A stretch of 64,000 nt of DNA from NCBI RefSeq assembly GCF_048593235.1, contig NC_133620.1:395775261-395839260 (forward strand), given 5' to 3'. Shown here piece by piece: positions 49,480 through 60,348 of the stretch (positions are counted from its first letter, which is position 1; every line of letters starts with the position of its first letter). The position numbers were made by a program, and so were the translations under genes. The stretch comes from Sminthopsis crassicaudata. Taxonomy: Eukaryota. Below the pieces are notes generated by a model, which saw only the letters and a list, made by a program, of their open reading frames with translations, searched no databases and was not told the DNA's origin.

Positions 49480-50930
49480 TTTTGTACATGTAAGTCCTTT
49501 TCCCTTTTATTTATATCTTTGGGATATAGATCTAGTAGTGGTATTATTGGATCAAAGGGCATGCAGTTTGGTTGCCTTTTTGGCATACTTCCAAATTGAT
49601 TTCTGGAATGGCTGGATCAGTTCACAACTCTACCAATCGTGCATTAGTGAACCAATTTTCCTACATCCTCTCCAATATTCATGACTTTCTCTTTTTATCC
49701 TATTAGCTAACCTCATAGGTGTGAGGTGGAATCTAAGAACTGATTTGAGATGCATTTTGTTAGGGGTCACGGCTCCAACTTGCAAGTGAACAGGCCATAT
49801 GTGACCAACACTGCCTATCTACCTGAAATGATGAGACTGTAAGCAATGAGGGGCGAGAGCCGGGGTGGTGTGAGACTCTATTTATTACAAAGACTGCAGG
49901 TCCTTTTATATAATCTTGGTGCTTGTTTCTAGTTACTACTTCATACATAATCACATCCTAGCCTATTGTACTATAGTAGTAGTATGATATCTACAGGAAG
50001 CTACACATAGATATGATGTGCGCGTGCATTCCTTTCCTAATTAGGATATTCAAGGTACTCCCCTCTAAGGTCCAGCATGCCTCTCCTGGGAACTGCCACA
50101 TTACTCCTCTGGGTGGAGCCCCTTCCTCCCATCACCATCTTGTTCATTCTTACAAGGCTACCCTCAGATTACCTGAGCCATTCAGAGCTGCTGAGGGGGG
50201 GGGGAGAAGGGTGGCAGGACCTCTTACAGCATTTCTATAAACAAAAGTGATTTAGAACACTTATTCATATACCTATAGATAGCTTTGATTTCTTCATCTG
50301 AAAACTGACCATATGTTTTGCCTATGGCTTATATTCCTAAAAATCTGATTTGGTTCTCTATATATTTGAGAAACAAGGCTTTTATCAGAGATAATTGCTG
50401 TAAAGATTGTTTCCCAGCTTTCTACTTTCCTTTTAATTTTGATTGCTTTAGTTTTGTTAGTACAAAAGCTTTTTAACATAATATAATCAAAATGATCTAT
50501 TTTGTATTTTGTAATGCTCCCTATTTCTTGTTGGATCACGAATTATCTCCCTCTCCATAGATTTTCTAGGTAAAATATATACTCCTTGCTCTTCTAATTT
50601 GCTTATGAAGTAACCTTTTTATGTACAAATCATGCACCCATTTTGGTTTTATCATGGTACATGGTATGAGATGTTGCTCTACCCGTCATTTGTGTCCTAC
50701 AACTGTTTTCCAATTGTCAAATAGTAAGTTCTTATCCCAAAAGCTGGGTGGAGTCTTTTGGTTTATCAAATACTACATTACAATAGTCACTGATAACTGT
50801 GTCTTTTGTACCAAGTTTTTACAGTGATCCACCACTCTAGTTCTTGGATACCAGATAGTTTTGATGACTGTTGCTTTATGATAAATATAGTTTGAGATCT
50901 GGTATTGCTAGGTGATCTTCCCTTCTATTT
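49480..50930 (-). mobile_element. L1 ORF2 3' fragment, split by the solo LTR
   Basis: ORF 50294-50539 (IDHFDYIMLKSFCTNK...WETIF..SDKSLVSQIYRE) is L1 ORF2 C-terminal region. L1 sequence continues on both sides of the LTR. Confidence 0.8.
49758..50228 (-). mobile_element. ERV solo LTR, 471 bp, inserted in an L1 fragment
   Basis: TG...CA termini with an exact 6-bp TSD gcattt (49752-49757 and 50229-50234). Minus-strand TATATAAAA at 49904-49912 is followed by AATAAA at 49881-49886. Confidence 0.9.
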
Positions 50931-50932
50931 AT

Positions 50933-52046
50933 TTTCTTTTTTTTATTACTACAGCTTTTTATTTATAAGATATATGCATGGGTAATTTTTCAGCATTCAC
51001 CCTTGCAAAACCTTCTATTCCAACTTTTCCCCTCCTTCCCACTACCCCCTCCCCCAGATGGCAGGTAGATCAATACATGTTAATTATGTTAAAGTATATG
51101 TTAAATTATACACACACACACACACACACACACAGTTAATTTTGCTGCCCAAGAATTGGACTTTGAAATAATGTAAAATTAACCTGTGAAGGAAAGCAAA
51201 AAAGCAGGTGGACAAAAACAGGGATTGGAAATGCTATGTAGTGGTTCACATTCATTTCCCAGAGTTCTTTCACTGGGTGTAGCTGGTTTTATTCATTATT
51301 GAACAAATGTAACTGATTTGGTTTATCTCATTGTTGAAGAGAGCCAGGTCCATCAGAATTGATCCTCATATAGTATTGTTGCTGAAGTGCATAATGATCT
51401 CCTGGTCCTGCTCATTTCACTCAGCATCAGTTCATGTAAGTCTCTCCAGGCCTTTCTGAAATCCTCCTGCTGGTCATTTCTAACAGAACGATAATATTCC
51501 CTAACATTAAAATACCATAATTTATTCATCCATTCTCCACTTGATGGGCATCCACTCAATTTCCAGTTTCTGGCCACTACAAAGAGGGCTGCCACAAATA
51601 TTCTTGCACATATAAGTCCCTTTCCCTTCTTTAAAAATCTCTTTGGAATATAAGCCCAGTAGTAACACTGTTGCATCAAAGGGTATGCACAGTTTGATAA
51701 CTTTTTGAGCATAGTTCCAAATTGCTCTCCAGAATGGTTGAATGTATTCACAATTCTACCAGTTTTCCCACATACCCTCCAACATTCAGCATTATCTTTT
51801 CCTGTCATCCTAGCCAATCTGAGGGGTGTGTAGTGGTACCTCAGACTTGTCTTAATACACATTTCTCTGATTAATAATGACTTGGAGCATCTTTTCATAT
51901 GGCTAGAAATACTTTCAATTTCTTCATCTGAAAATTGTCTGTTCATATCCTTTGACCATTTATCCATTGGAGAACAGCTTGATTTCTTATAAATTAAGAG
52001 TCAATTCTCTATATATTTTGGAAATGAGGGCTTTATCAGAACCTTT
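50933..52046 (-). mobile_element. L1 3' end (ORF2 C-terminus, 3'UTR, T-tract), with a (CA)12 at 51111-51134
   Basis: ORF 51353-51967 (DKWSKDMNRQFSDEEI...HMKRCSKSLLIRE...CWRVCGKTG) is the L1 ORF2 cysteine-rich domain. Confidence 0.9.
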
Positions 52047-52366
52047 TTTTTTTTAATTTAGAATTTTTTCCCACAGTATATATGCATGAGCAACTTTTTA
52101 TAACATTATCCCTTGTATTCATTTTTCCAAATTATCCCCCCCTCCCTCCACTCCCTCCCCCTGATGACAAGCAATCCCATACATTTTACATGTGTTACAA
52201 TATAACCTAGATACAATATATGTGTGTAAATACCATTTTCTTGTTGCACATTAAGTATTAGATTCCGAAGGTATAAGTAACCTGGGTAGATAGACAATAG
52301 TGCTAACAATTTACATTCACTTCCCAGTGTTCCTTCTCTGGATGTAGTTATTTCTGTCCATCATTG
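52047..52366 (-). mobile_element. 5'-truncated L1 (3'UTR only, ~320 bp) with TSD
   Basis: TSD tttatcagaacctt at 52032-52045 and 52367-52380, poly-T at the left end. Homologous to the 3'UTR at 62985-63280. Confidence 0.9.
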
Positions 52367-52384
52367 TTTATCAGAACCTTTAAC

Positions 52385-53160
52385 TCTATTCATTAGGGAA
52401 ACTGAGCCATAATTTCATTTCTCAATCTTAAATTTTTCCTGGTTTAGGTATCAGTGCCATATTTGTATCATAAAAGGAGTTTGGGAGCATTCTTTCTTAA
52501 CCCTATTTTTTTAAAATAGTTTTGATTGTTCTTTAAATATTTGAGAAGAGGGGAAGCTAGGTGGCACAGTGGATAGAGTACCAAGCCCCTGAAGTCAGGA
52601 GGACCCGAGTTCAAATCTGCTCTCAGACACTTAACACTTTCTAGTTTGGTGACCCACTGGGCAAGTTATTTAACCCCAATTGCCTCAGCNNNNNNNNNNN
52701 NNNNNNNNNNNNNNNNNNNNNNNNNNNNNNNNNNNNNNNNNNNNNNNNNNNNNNNNNNNNNNNNNNNNNNNNNNNNNNNNNNNNNNNNNNNNNNNNNNNN
52801 NNNNNNNNNNNNNNNNNNNNNNNNNNNNNNATTTTATCCTAGTGAGTTTCATTAATGGCTTATTCAACTTCTCTTTCTAAGACAGAATTATTTAGGATTT
52901 CTATTTTCTGATCTAATAATCTAGTTAATTTGTCATTGTAAAGTCATCAATTTTGCTCAGATGGTCAGATTTATTGACATATATAATTGAGTATATTTTC
53001 TATTGATTGCTTTAATTTCTCCTTCATTGGTGATGACTTCACCCTTTTTATTTTTGATGCTGAATATTTGATTTTCTTCTTTTTTAAAAAAAATCAAATT
53101 AACTAATGCCTAATCTATCTTAATGATTTTTTTCATAAAATTAGCTAATTCTTAATTTTA
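52385..53160 (-). mobile_element. Older L1 ORF2 fragment interrupted by a SINE and a gap
   Basis: tattcattagggaa...cctggtttaggtatcag..ccatatttgtatcataaaaggagtttgg is L1 ORF2 antisense sequence. Confidence 0.65.
52550..52689 (+). mobile_element. WSINE1-type CORE-SINE running into an assembly gap
   Basis: ggggaagctaggtggcacagtggatagag (A box), gagttcaaatc (B box), ending ttaaccccaattgcctcagc. Confidence 0.85.
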
Positions 53161-53288
53161 TCATTGCTTGTTATTATCAACAGCTTTTTTTCCTTGTTGC
53201 TGTTTGTCTTTACTTTCAATATTAATATTTTGATTTTCAAGATTTCCAATTTGGTGTTCAATTGGAGATTTTAAACCTGTGCTTTCCT

Positions 53289-53513
53289 AAGAGTAGGCCC
53301 AACTGATATTTACCCAGACTATTATACTTCTATCATTATAGTGATCTCATCAGTGTTAGCACTTCCTTTGTATAGCAAAACAAAAGCAATCCCAAAAGGA
53401 AAATGAAAGGAAATCTGTTGAGCTGTAATGATTTAAATGTTTCCAAATAAGAATATTTGACTTCATCTTAAAAAAGACTCCACCCCAACATCATCTGAGT
53501 TCAAAAATGGATC
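53289..53513 (+). repeat. 225-bp perfect direct repeat, copy 1
   Basis: aagagtaggcccaactg...gttcaaaaatggatc appears identical by eye to 56466-56690. Confidence 0.9.
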
Positions 53514-53518
53514 AAAAT

Positions 53519-54665
53519 AGAACCTTTAACGGTAAAAATGTTCTCTCAGTTTATTGCTTCTCTTCTAATCTTTGTCTGTATTAGTTTTGTTTATACAAAA
53601 GCTTTTTTAATTTGATATAATCAAAATTTTCTATTTTGTGAGCAGTAATGATCTCTAGTTCTTTGGCCACAAATTCCTTCCTCTTCCACAGATCTGAGAG
53701 GTAAACTAGCCTATGTTCTTCTAATTTATTTATAATCTCATTCTTTATGCCTAGACCATGAACCCATTTTGACCTCATCTTGGTGTATAGTGTTAAGTAA
53801 GGGTCAATGCCTAGTTTCTGCCATATTAATTTCCAATTTTCCCATAAGTTTTTGTTAAACAGTGAATTCTTATCCCAAAAAGCTGAGGTATTTGAGTTTG
53901 TCAAACACTAGATTATTAAAGTTATTGACTATTTTGTACTGTGAAGCCTAATTTATTCCACTGATCAATTAGTCTATTTCTTAGCCAATACCAAATGGTT
54001 TTGGTAACTACTGCTTTATAATATAGTTTTAGATCTGGTACAGCTAGGCTACCTTCATTTGATTTTTTTTTCATTAATTCCCTTGAAAGTCTTGACCTTT
54101 TGTTTTTCCATATGAACTTTGTTATTATTTTTTCTAAGTCATTAAAATAGTTTTTTGGGAGTCTGATTGGTAGAGTGCTAAATAAATAGATTAGTTTTAG
54201 GTAGTCTTGTCATCTTTATTACATTTGCTTGACCTATCCAAGAGCACTTAATATTTTTCCAATTGGTTAGATCTGACTTTATTTGTGTAGAAAGTGTTTG
54301 TAGCTTTAGCTTTGCTCATATAGTTCCTGACCTTACCTTGGCAGATAGATTCCCAAATATTTTATACTATCAGCAGTTACTTTAATGGAATTTCTCCTTG
54401 TAATTCTAACTGTTGGATTTTGTTAGTGATATATAAGAATGCTGATGATTTATGTGGGTTTATTTTGTATCCTGCAACTTTGCTAAAGTTGTGGATTATT
54501 TCTAATACTTTTTTAGTAGAATCTCTGGGGTTCACTAAATATACCATCATATCATCTGCAAAGAGTGATAATTTGGTTTCCTCATTACCTACTCTAATTC
54601 CTTTAATCTCTTTCTCAACGCTTATTGATAAAGCTAGAATTTTTAATACAATATTGAACAGTAAT
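53519..54665 (-). mobile_element. L1 ORF2 fragment continuing the element at 50933-52046
   Basis: ORF 53581-53904 (WDKNSLFNKNLWENWKLIWQKLGIDPYLTLYTK...IENFDYIKLK) is L1 RT/C-terminal region. Confidence 0.9.
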
Positions 54666-54724
54666 GTTGCTCTCTTTCTGTATAGAAGCTATGTATAATT
54701 AGAGTTCACTAGGCATTTTTATTC

Positions 54725-55058
54725 ATTTTTTTAATGCCCTTAGGGTCTGCCTTCAGGGCAAGGAGGTTATTGGCTTTCTCTGCAGAGCAGGGATAGATGT
54801 ATGGATAGTAGCTGTCCTGCAAATGAGCTAGCCTCTGTGTTCTACCTCCCTGCCTGCATTGGCTGCTCCCGGCCCGATCAGAACAAACCTTTTCTGGCGA
54901 TCTTCCAGATTATCTTCGGCTGGTAATTTGTTGTACTCCCAATATTCGTAGATTTTATCAGTCAAGGACTATTTCAGAAGTTGAATTTGGTAATTAGTAG
55001 TGAGGGTAGAAGAGGGGCTTAGAATGATGCGTGTGTCTTCTCCACCATTTTGGCCCCT
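54725..55058 (-). mobile_element. L1 5'UTR fragment
   Basis: Reverse complement begins gggccaaaatggtggagaagacacac and aligns by eye with 60349-60520. Confidence 0.7.
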
Positions 55059-55059
55059 T

Positions 55060-55920
55060 CTATTTGTTTTCATTAATTTCCTTGATATTCCTGACCTTTT
55101 GTTCTTCTAGATGAATTCTATTATAATTTTTTAACTCTATAATTATAGAATAAGTAAATCAACTTAGGTACAACTATTTTTAAAATATTGGCCTGGCCTA
55201 TCTGTAAGCAATTGATATCTTTCCAATTTTGTGTGAAGTCTTAGGTTACTGTGTTCATATAGTTCTTGGATTTGTCTTGACAGATAGACTACAAAGTATT
55301 ATATATTGTTTAATGTTACTTATAATGGAATTTCTTTCTATCTTGTCACTGGGTTTTGTTAGTCATAGAAAAAATGCTGATGATTTACATGAGATTATAT
55401 CCTGCAACTTTGCTAAAGTTAATTATTTCAAGTAAATTTTTAGTTGATGCTCTAGGGTTCCCTAAGTACACCATCATATCGTCTACAAAGAATGATAGTT
55501 TTGTTTCTTCATTGCCCATTTTAATTCCTTTGATTTCTTTTTCTCTTCTCTTATTTCTATAGCTAAACTTTCTAGTTTTTGGCTATAGGATGAGGAGGAG
55601 AAAGGTGGAGATACTGGACTCTAGATCCTTAGCAAAACTCCTGGCAGTTTTGTCTGTCTCTTTCACTTTTCCACCTAAAGATCAAGTGCTTTTGCCTATC
55701 CTGGCTCTGGCTGATTGTGAGGCCTCAAGGGAGCTGACCCAGACTTTACAAAACTCCATTTATTTCTATACTTTCTAGTGTTTTTAATAGGAATGGATGC
55801 TGTATTTTATCAAAAGCTTTTTCAGCAACTATGTTGATAATCATATGATTTCTGTGGGTTTTGTTATTGATATAGTCAATTATGTTGATAGTTTTCCTAA
55901 ATTTTTACTTTGATATTCAT
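55060..55920 (-). mobile_element. Older L1 ORF2 fragment with an internal insert
   Basis: Plus-strand motifs cctgcaactttgctaaag and ccatcatatcgtctacaaag are the antisense of L1 RT-region sequence. Confidence 0.75.
55578..55750 (+). mobile_element. Probable LTR 3' fragment
   Basis: Non-L1 insert ending ggctgattgtgaggcctcaagggagctgacccagactttaCA, resembling marsupial LTR ends as I recall them. Confidence 0.45.
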
Positions 55921-56335
55921 TTCCTAAGGTTGCCTAAGCTACACCAAAACACATGATGGACCTTTGAACTAGAGTCTACCAGCTCCCTTGGCTGGGCTAA
56001 GGCATGTGGGGAGTCCAAGTGTTGGCATTCTCCCATTCCACCATACTGAGACTTCAGAATCTTTTGACAAGTTTGCTGAGGTGAGGTTTGCTACCAGCTC
56101 TTTGTGAAGCTTCCTGTCCCAGACTGTGCTCCTCTTTTTTACCTGAGTGACATGGACCCCTTCTTCAGATTTTCCATGTTTCCTGGGTTAAAAGATTGTT
56201 CCATCCAACCACCTTGCTGGTTCTGCTGTTCCAGAACCTGTCTTGGGACATTATTTTATGATTTCCTAGAGGTGAACACAGGAGAGTTAAAGCGATTCAC
56301 TTCTTACTCCGCCATTTTGGTTCCCAGAAGAGGAG
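55921..56335 (-). mobile_element. L1 5'UTR fragment of a second family
   Basis: Reverse complement begins cttctgggaaccaaaatggcggagtaagaag, an L1-type 5' start. Confidence 0.55.
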
Positions 56336-56465
56336 CTCACTTTTTAATGGAAAAAGCTAAAATCGAAAATAATTAGGTTTGTGGAAATCATATACAGAAT
56401 AAGTAAAAGGTAATCTCAAGAGAGGTATACATTCAAGAATCCTATATGAGTCCTATATGAGCATA

Positions 56466-56690
56466 AAGAGTAGGCCCAACTGATATTTACCCAGACTATT
56501 ATACTTCTATCATTATAGTGATCTCATCAGTGTTAGCACTTCCTTTGTATAGCAAAACAAAAGCAATCCCAAAAGGAAAATGAAAGGAAATCTGTTGAGC
56601 TGTAATGATTTAAATGTTTCCAAATAAGAATATTTGACTTCATCTTAAAAAAGACTCCACCCCAACATCATCTGAGTTCAAAAATGGATC
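56466..56690 (+). repeat. 225-bp perfect direct repeat, copy 2
   Basis: Identical to 53289-53513, offset 3177 bp. Confidence 0.9.
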
Positions 56691-57349
56691 CTAACCTTTC
56701 TGAATTTGACAGATAAAGGATCAACTTAAAAGTTGCAGAAATAGGCTTTCTAGTTCCATAACACTTTTCTCTCCACTCTTCCTTCACCCTCATTCCCAAG
56801 CTGTTATGATACTTTAATCTCCAGGTAGGAGATTCTACTTTGGGACTGCCTCTCTCAAAATATCTTCTCTAACAGCAAATGCATCTAAAGGCAAGAGCTT
56901 GGCTTTTCACTTTCTATATCTGTTATACTGACAGCTATTAACATGGTAATTCAGTTTCCAAGGCCATAGAACCTCAGAGTCCTCTCCATACTGTTAATGT
57001 TTTTGAGTCTGTCTCTGTCTCTCCTGTCTGCTCCTTGAGAAGCAGGGATGATTTTGCTTTCATATCTTACAAAGAGAAATTACTAAGTAAGTATTTACTG
57101 AATTTACCAACTAAAACTGCAGTCTAAACATTTTTTCACTGTGACATCCACTGGCCTTTCTGTAGAAAGGCCATTCTTTTTGATTTCCCTATTGATATTA
57201 CATTCCCTTCTTCTGGATAATTCTGTGCCCAAGGTTCTTCATGAAATCCCTGTTATGGATTTTGTCTGTCCATGTGATTGAATCAGTCTCTTCTGCATTA
57301 GCATTGTCTATGTCCCATAGCCTTTCCATGTACCTCACAGCACTTTTCT

Positions 57350-57860
57350 AAACCATCTTCTCTCTCTACACTTTCTTGGTGATTTCAACAGTGCCAATGG
57401 ATTCATCTCTATGCAAATGAAAACTTAAATCTATATAACCAGTTCCATATTTCCAAATGTTTGTTGGACATTTTCACTAAATCTCTGATGGACATTTCAA
57501 AAGTATATTCAAAGAATGACTGTGACTAGAACTACCCTTTCTAACTTCCCTATCTCTGTGAAGGGCACCACCAGCTGAATCACTTGGATTCACAGCCTAG
57601 GAATTATTTTTCATTCTCTACTCTCTTTCCCACATACAATCAGTTGTCAACATCCTCCAACACCTCTCCCTTGTTCCTTATAGCCAGATCCTTAGCCTGA
57701 ACTATTATAACTGTCATTTAAATGGTCTTTCTGCCTGCTTCCAATTCTCTCTCCTCTCCAATCTGTCCTCTACACAGCTGGCAAAACAGATGCTAAGACA
57801 TACTAACCTTGTTACTTCCTGTCTTAATAAATGTCAGTGGCTCCCTACTGCCTCTACTTT
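57350..57860 (+). mobile_element. L2 fragment
   Basis: ctctatgcaaatga...ttccctatctctgtgaagggcaccacc...cctgaactattataa...ctccaatctgtcctctacacagctg are L2 motifs. Confidence 0.6.
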
Positions 57861-59983
57861 TCAAACCAGATAATCTGTTAGATAGGTTCTAACTCTAAAA
57901 TTCTAAGATTTAAAACCTTCTATTTCTTTTATACCAAGCAGAAAATTTCAAAAAGTATTCATATATTACAGCTACTTAACAAGTATTTGTTGATTTGAAA
58001 ATCACAAGATCTGTTTCAATCAGTAAGATGTAACTAACAGAGATACCACAAAAATAGAACTCTGTACAAAATATAAGCTAATAACAATAAAGTTCAAAAC
58101 TAAGAAAATAATAATAATAATAATAATAAAAGAAATAGCTCCTATGTCCAGTAGGATTGATACTATTCAAACCCCCACAACCCCTTTTATTTTAGTTGAC
58201 ACTTCCAAAAATGATGAGCCATTTCTTTTCACAGCTCCCTCACACTTATATTCACAACTAACTGATTAAATGATTTCCTAAAGCCCTAAATGCAAAGACC
58301 TGGTTTACTGCCAGAGGACAAAGATAGTACTCTATAGAATGCCTCCCTCTGATCACTATATGCCACCTTTAAGGATGCTTTCCAAAGAAACTCCTAAATT
58401 TTAGAAGAAGACGCTCTAAAATTAATTATATTACTGGGTTTTGAAGAAATCTTGTCAAGAAATAGGGGAACTGGCATTTAGAATCTTGGTACCATCTCCA
58501 GAAGAAAATGAAAACTGACATGATAGGAAGCACAGAAGTTGCCTGTGTATAAAAAGTGAGTTCAGAATACTTACTTATGAGATATGTGTCCATTTAAAAA
58601 TGGTTTTTAAAAAATGAGAAAAACTATACCATCCTGTGGAAAGAAAAACAAATGCAAAAAGAGCACCTAAAACTATATTTTTGGTCCCACAGACAAGGAT
58701 TTCTATTTCTTTCAATATTATGACTTTCAGACAATTTATTTTTGCTTGAATATTTTCATCTAATTAAAAAAATGTTACATTTGAAAAAAGAAGGGTAAGA
58801 AAATCCATTCAATTCCAAACTATAAACTCCTAACTATAGAATTCATTGGCTAGGGAAATTGAAAAACAGATGGGCTGCATTCCAGTGGAAACACAAGCTG
58901 AACTTTGGATCAAATAAGCTGCTGTGCTAGATCACTTCATTCTAAGCTAATGTCAAAATATATTTGTATAGTCCACTAAAGTATGAAGACAGTAGGATTG
59001 TGTGGAAAACAAAAAACTGCTTCCACTTTAAAATTTAGTAAATAAGGAATGTGGAATGATAAATTGAGGTTAAACATCAGTATTGCCCTTATTCAAAATC
59101 ATTTAAATAAAATATTCATAAATCTCTCTCTCTGTGTTACTTATAAACACTATTCAGAAGAAACCAATAGATAAAGTGTATTTTTTATTTACCAAAAGTT
59201 ACTATTTGCAATAATGTTTGCAACCAATTTCTCCTTCAACTGTCAGAGATGATACTGATAGCTCTATAATAAACTATTATTTATATAATTTAAGATGACA
59301 AGAACAACTTAAATATTACCACTATTATTTTCTTAATGTCTTGAGAAAATAGGGCAGCATTGCTTTAATTTTCTCCCCAGACAATGCCTAATGTTTAAAT
59401 GTACATGCTTCTTAGAACAGTGACTTGTTTTCTGATGTAGTCAATTACCATATGCCTTCAAAAGTAAGCATCTGTTAAAAGATATTGATAAAAATTAAAA
59501 GGACTATCAATCAATAATATTTTTAAGAGTATATTATTGCAAAAATGATAAAACATGATATGCTATATCTAGCTCTACGGTTGATTATGAATTTAGTTTT
59601 AGTCAATGAACATATTCCTTTAATACTATACTTATGACATTAAGAATAATATTATGATGCAACCCTGCTAGAATGTGTCATTGGATTATTCAATAGTGAG
59701 GCCCTCTTATAATGAGATCTTACAGAAATTTGAAGAATTCAATTTTCTTAAACTGAAGCCAAGACAAGAAGAATTTCATAATGTTACATGAAGATTTCAA
59801 CGTAGAAGCAAAATTTTCATTAGTCCATGTGAAAGAATTCTAAGCTCTGAAATTATTACATACATATATACAAAAATTATTCTCAATAAAAAAATTGGGT
59901 CACTTTGGGCTACAGAAAATACATAAAACAGAATTTATATTTAACTATAGTGTTATCCTCCAAATAAAAATTAGAGTCTAGAG

Positions 59984-60153
59984 CAGTGGTCCTCAAACTT
60001 TTAAAATAGGGGGCCAGTTCACTGTCCCTCAGACTGTTGGAGGGTCAACTATAGTAAAAACAAAAACTCACACTCAGTCTCCGCCCCTCAGCCCATTTGC
60101 CATAACCCGGCGGGCTGCCTCTGGCCCCGGGGGCCATAGTTTGAGAACCCCTG
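59984..60153. mobile_element. hAT-Charlie MITE, OC1 (OposCharlie1)-like, 170 bp
   Basis: TIRs cagtggtcctcaaact and agtttgagaacccctg. 8-bp TSD gtctagag/ctctagag matches the Charlie NTCTAGAN preference. The internal sequence tagggggccagttcactgtccctcagactgttggaggg is recalled as OC1-like. Confidence 0.85.
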
Positions 60154-60348
60154 CTCTAGAGATTGGATTTCCACTCTCTGTTTTATCAATTCAGATGCAG
60201 TAGTATGATAGTTATGCAAAGCTCTATTTCTATTTGAATGCTACCATCTATTACAAAACAAAGAGGATGTTGCTGGTAATAACTATAACTTTTAGGATAG
60301 TACATCTATTTTGAAGTAATATTAAGTTGGAATTTAGAATACAATTAC

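Noticed and set aside
51353-51967. 204-aa ORF with clear protein-like sequence
   Set aside because: It is the L1 ORF2 C-terminus, not a host gene.
52550-52640. tRNA-like A and B boxes
   Set aside because: These are the internal promoter of a CORE-SINE; there is no cloverleaf.
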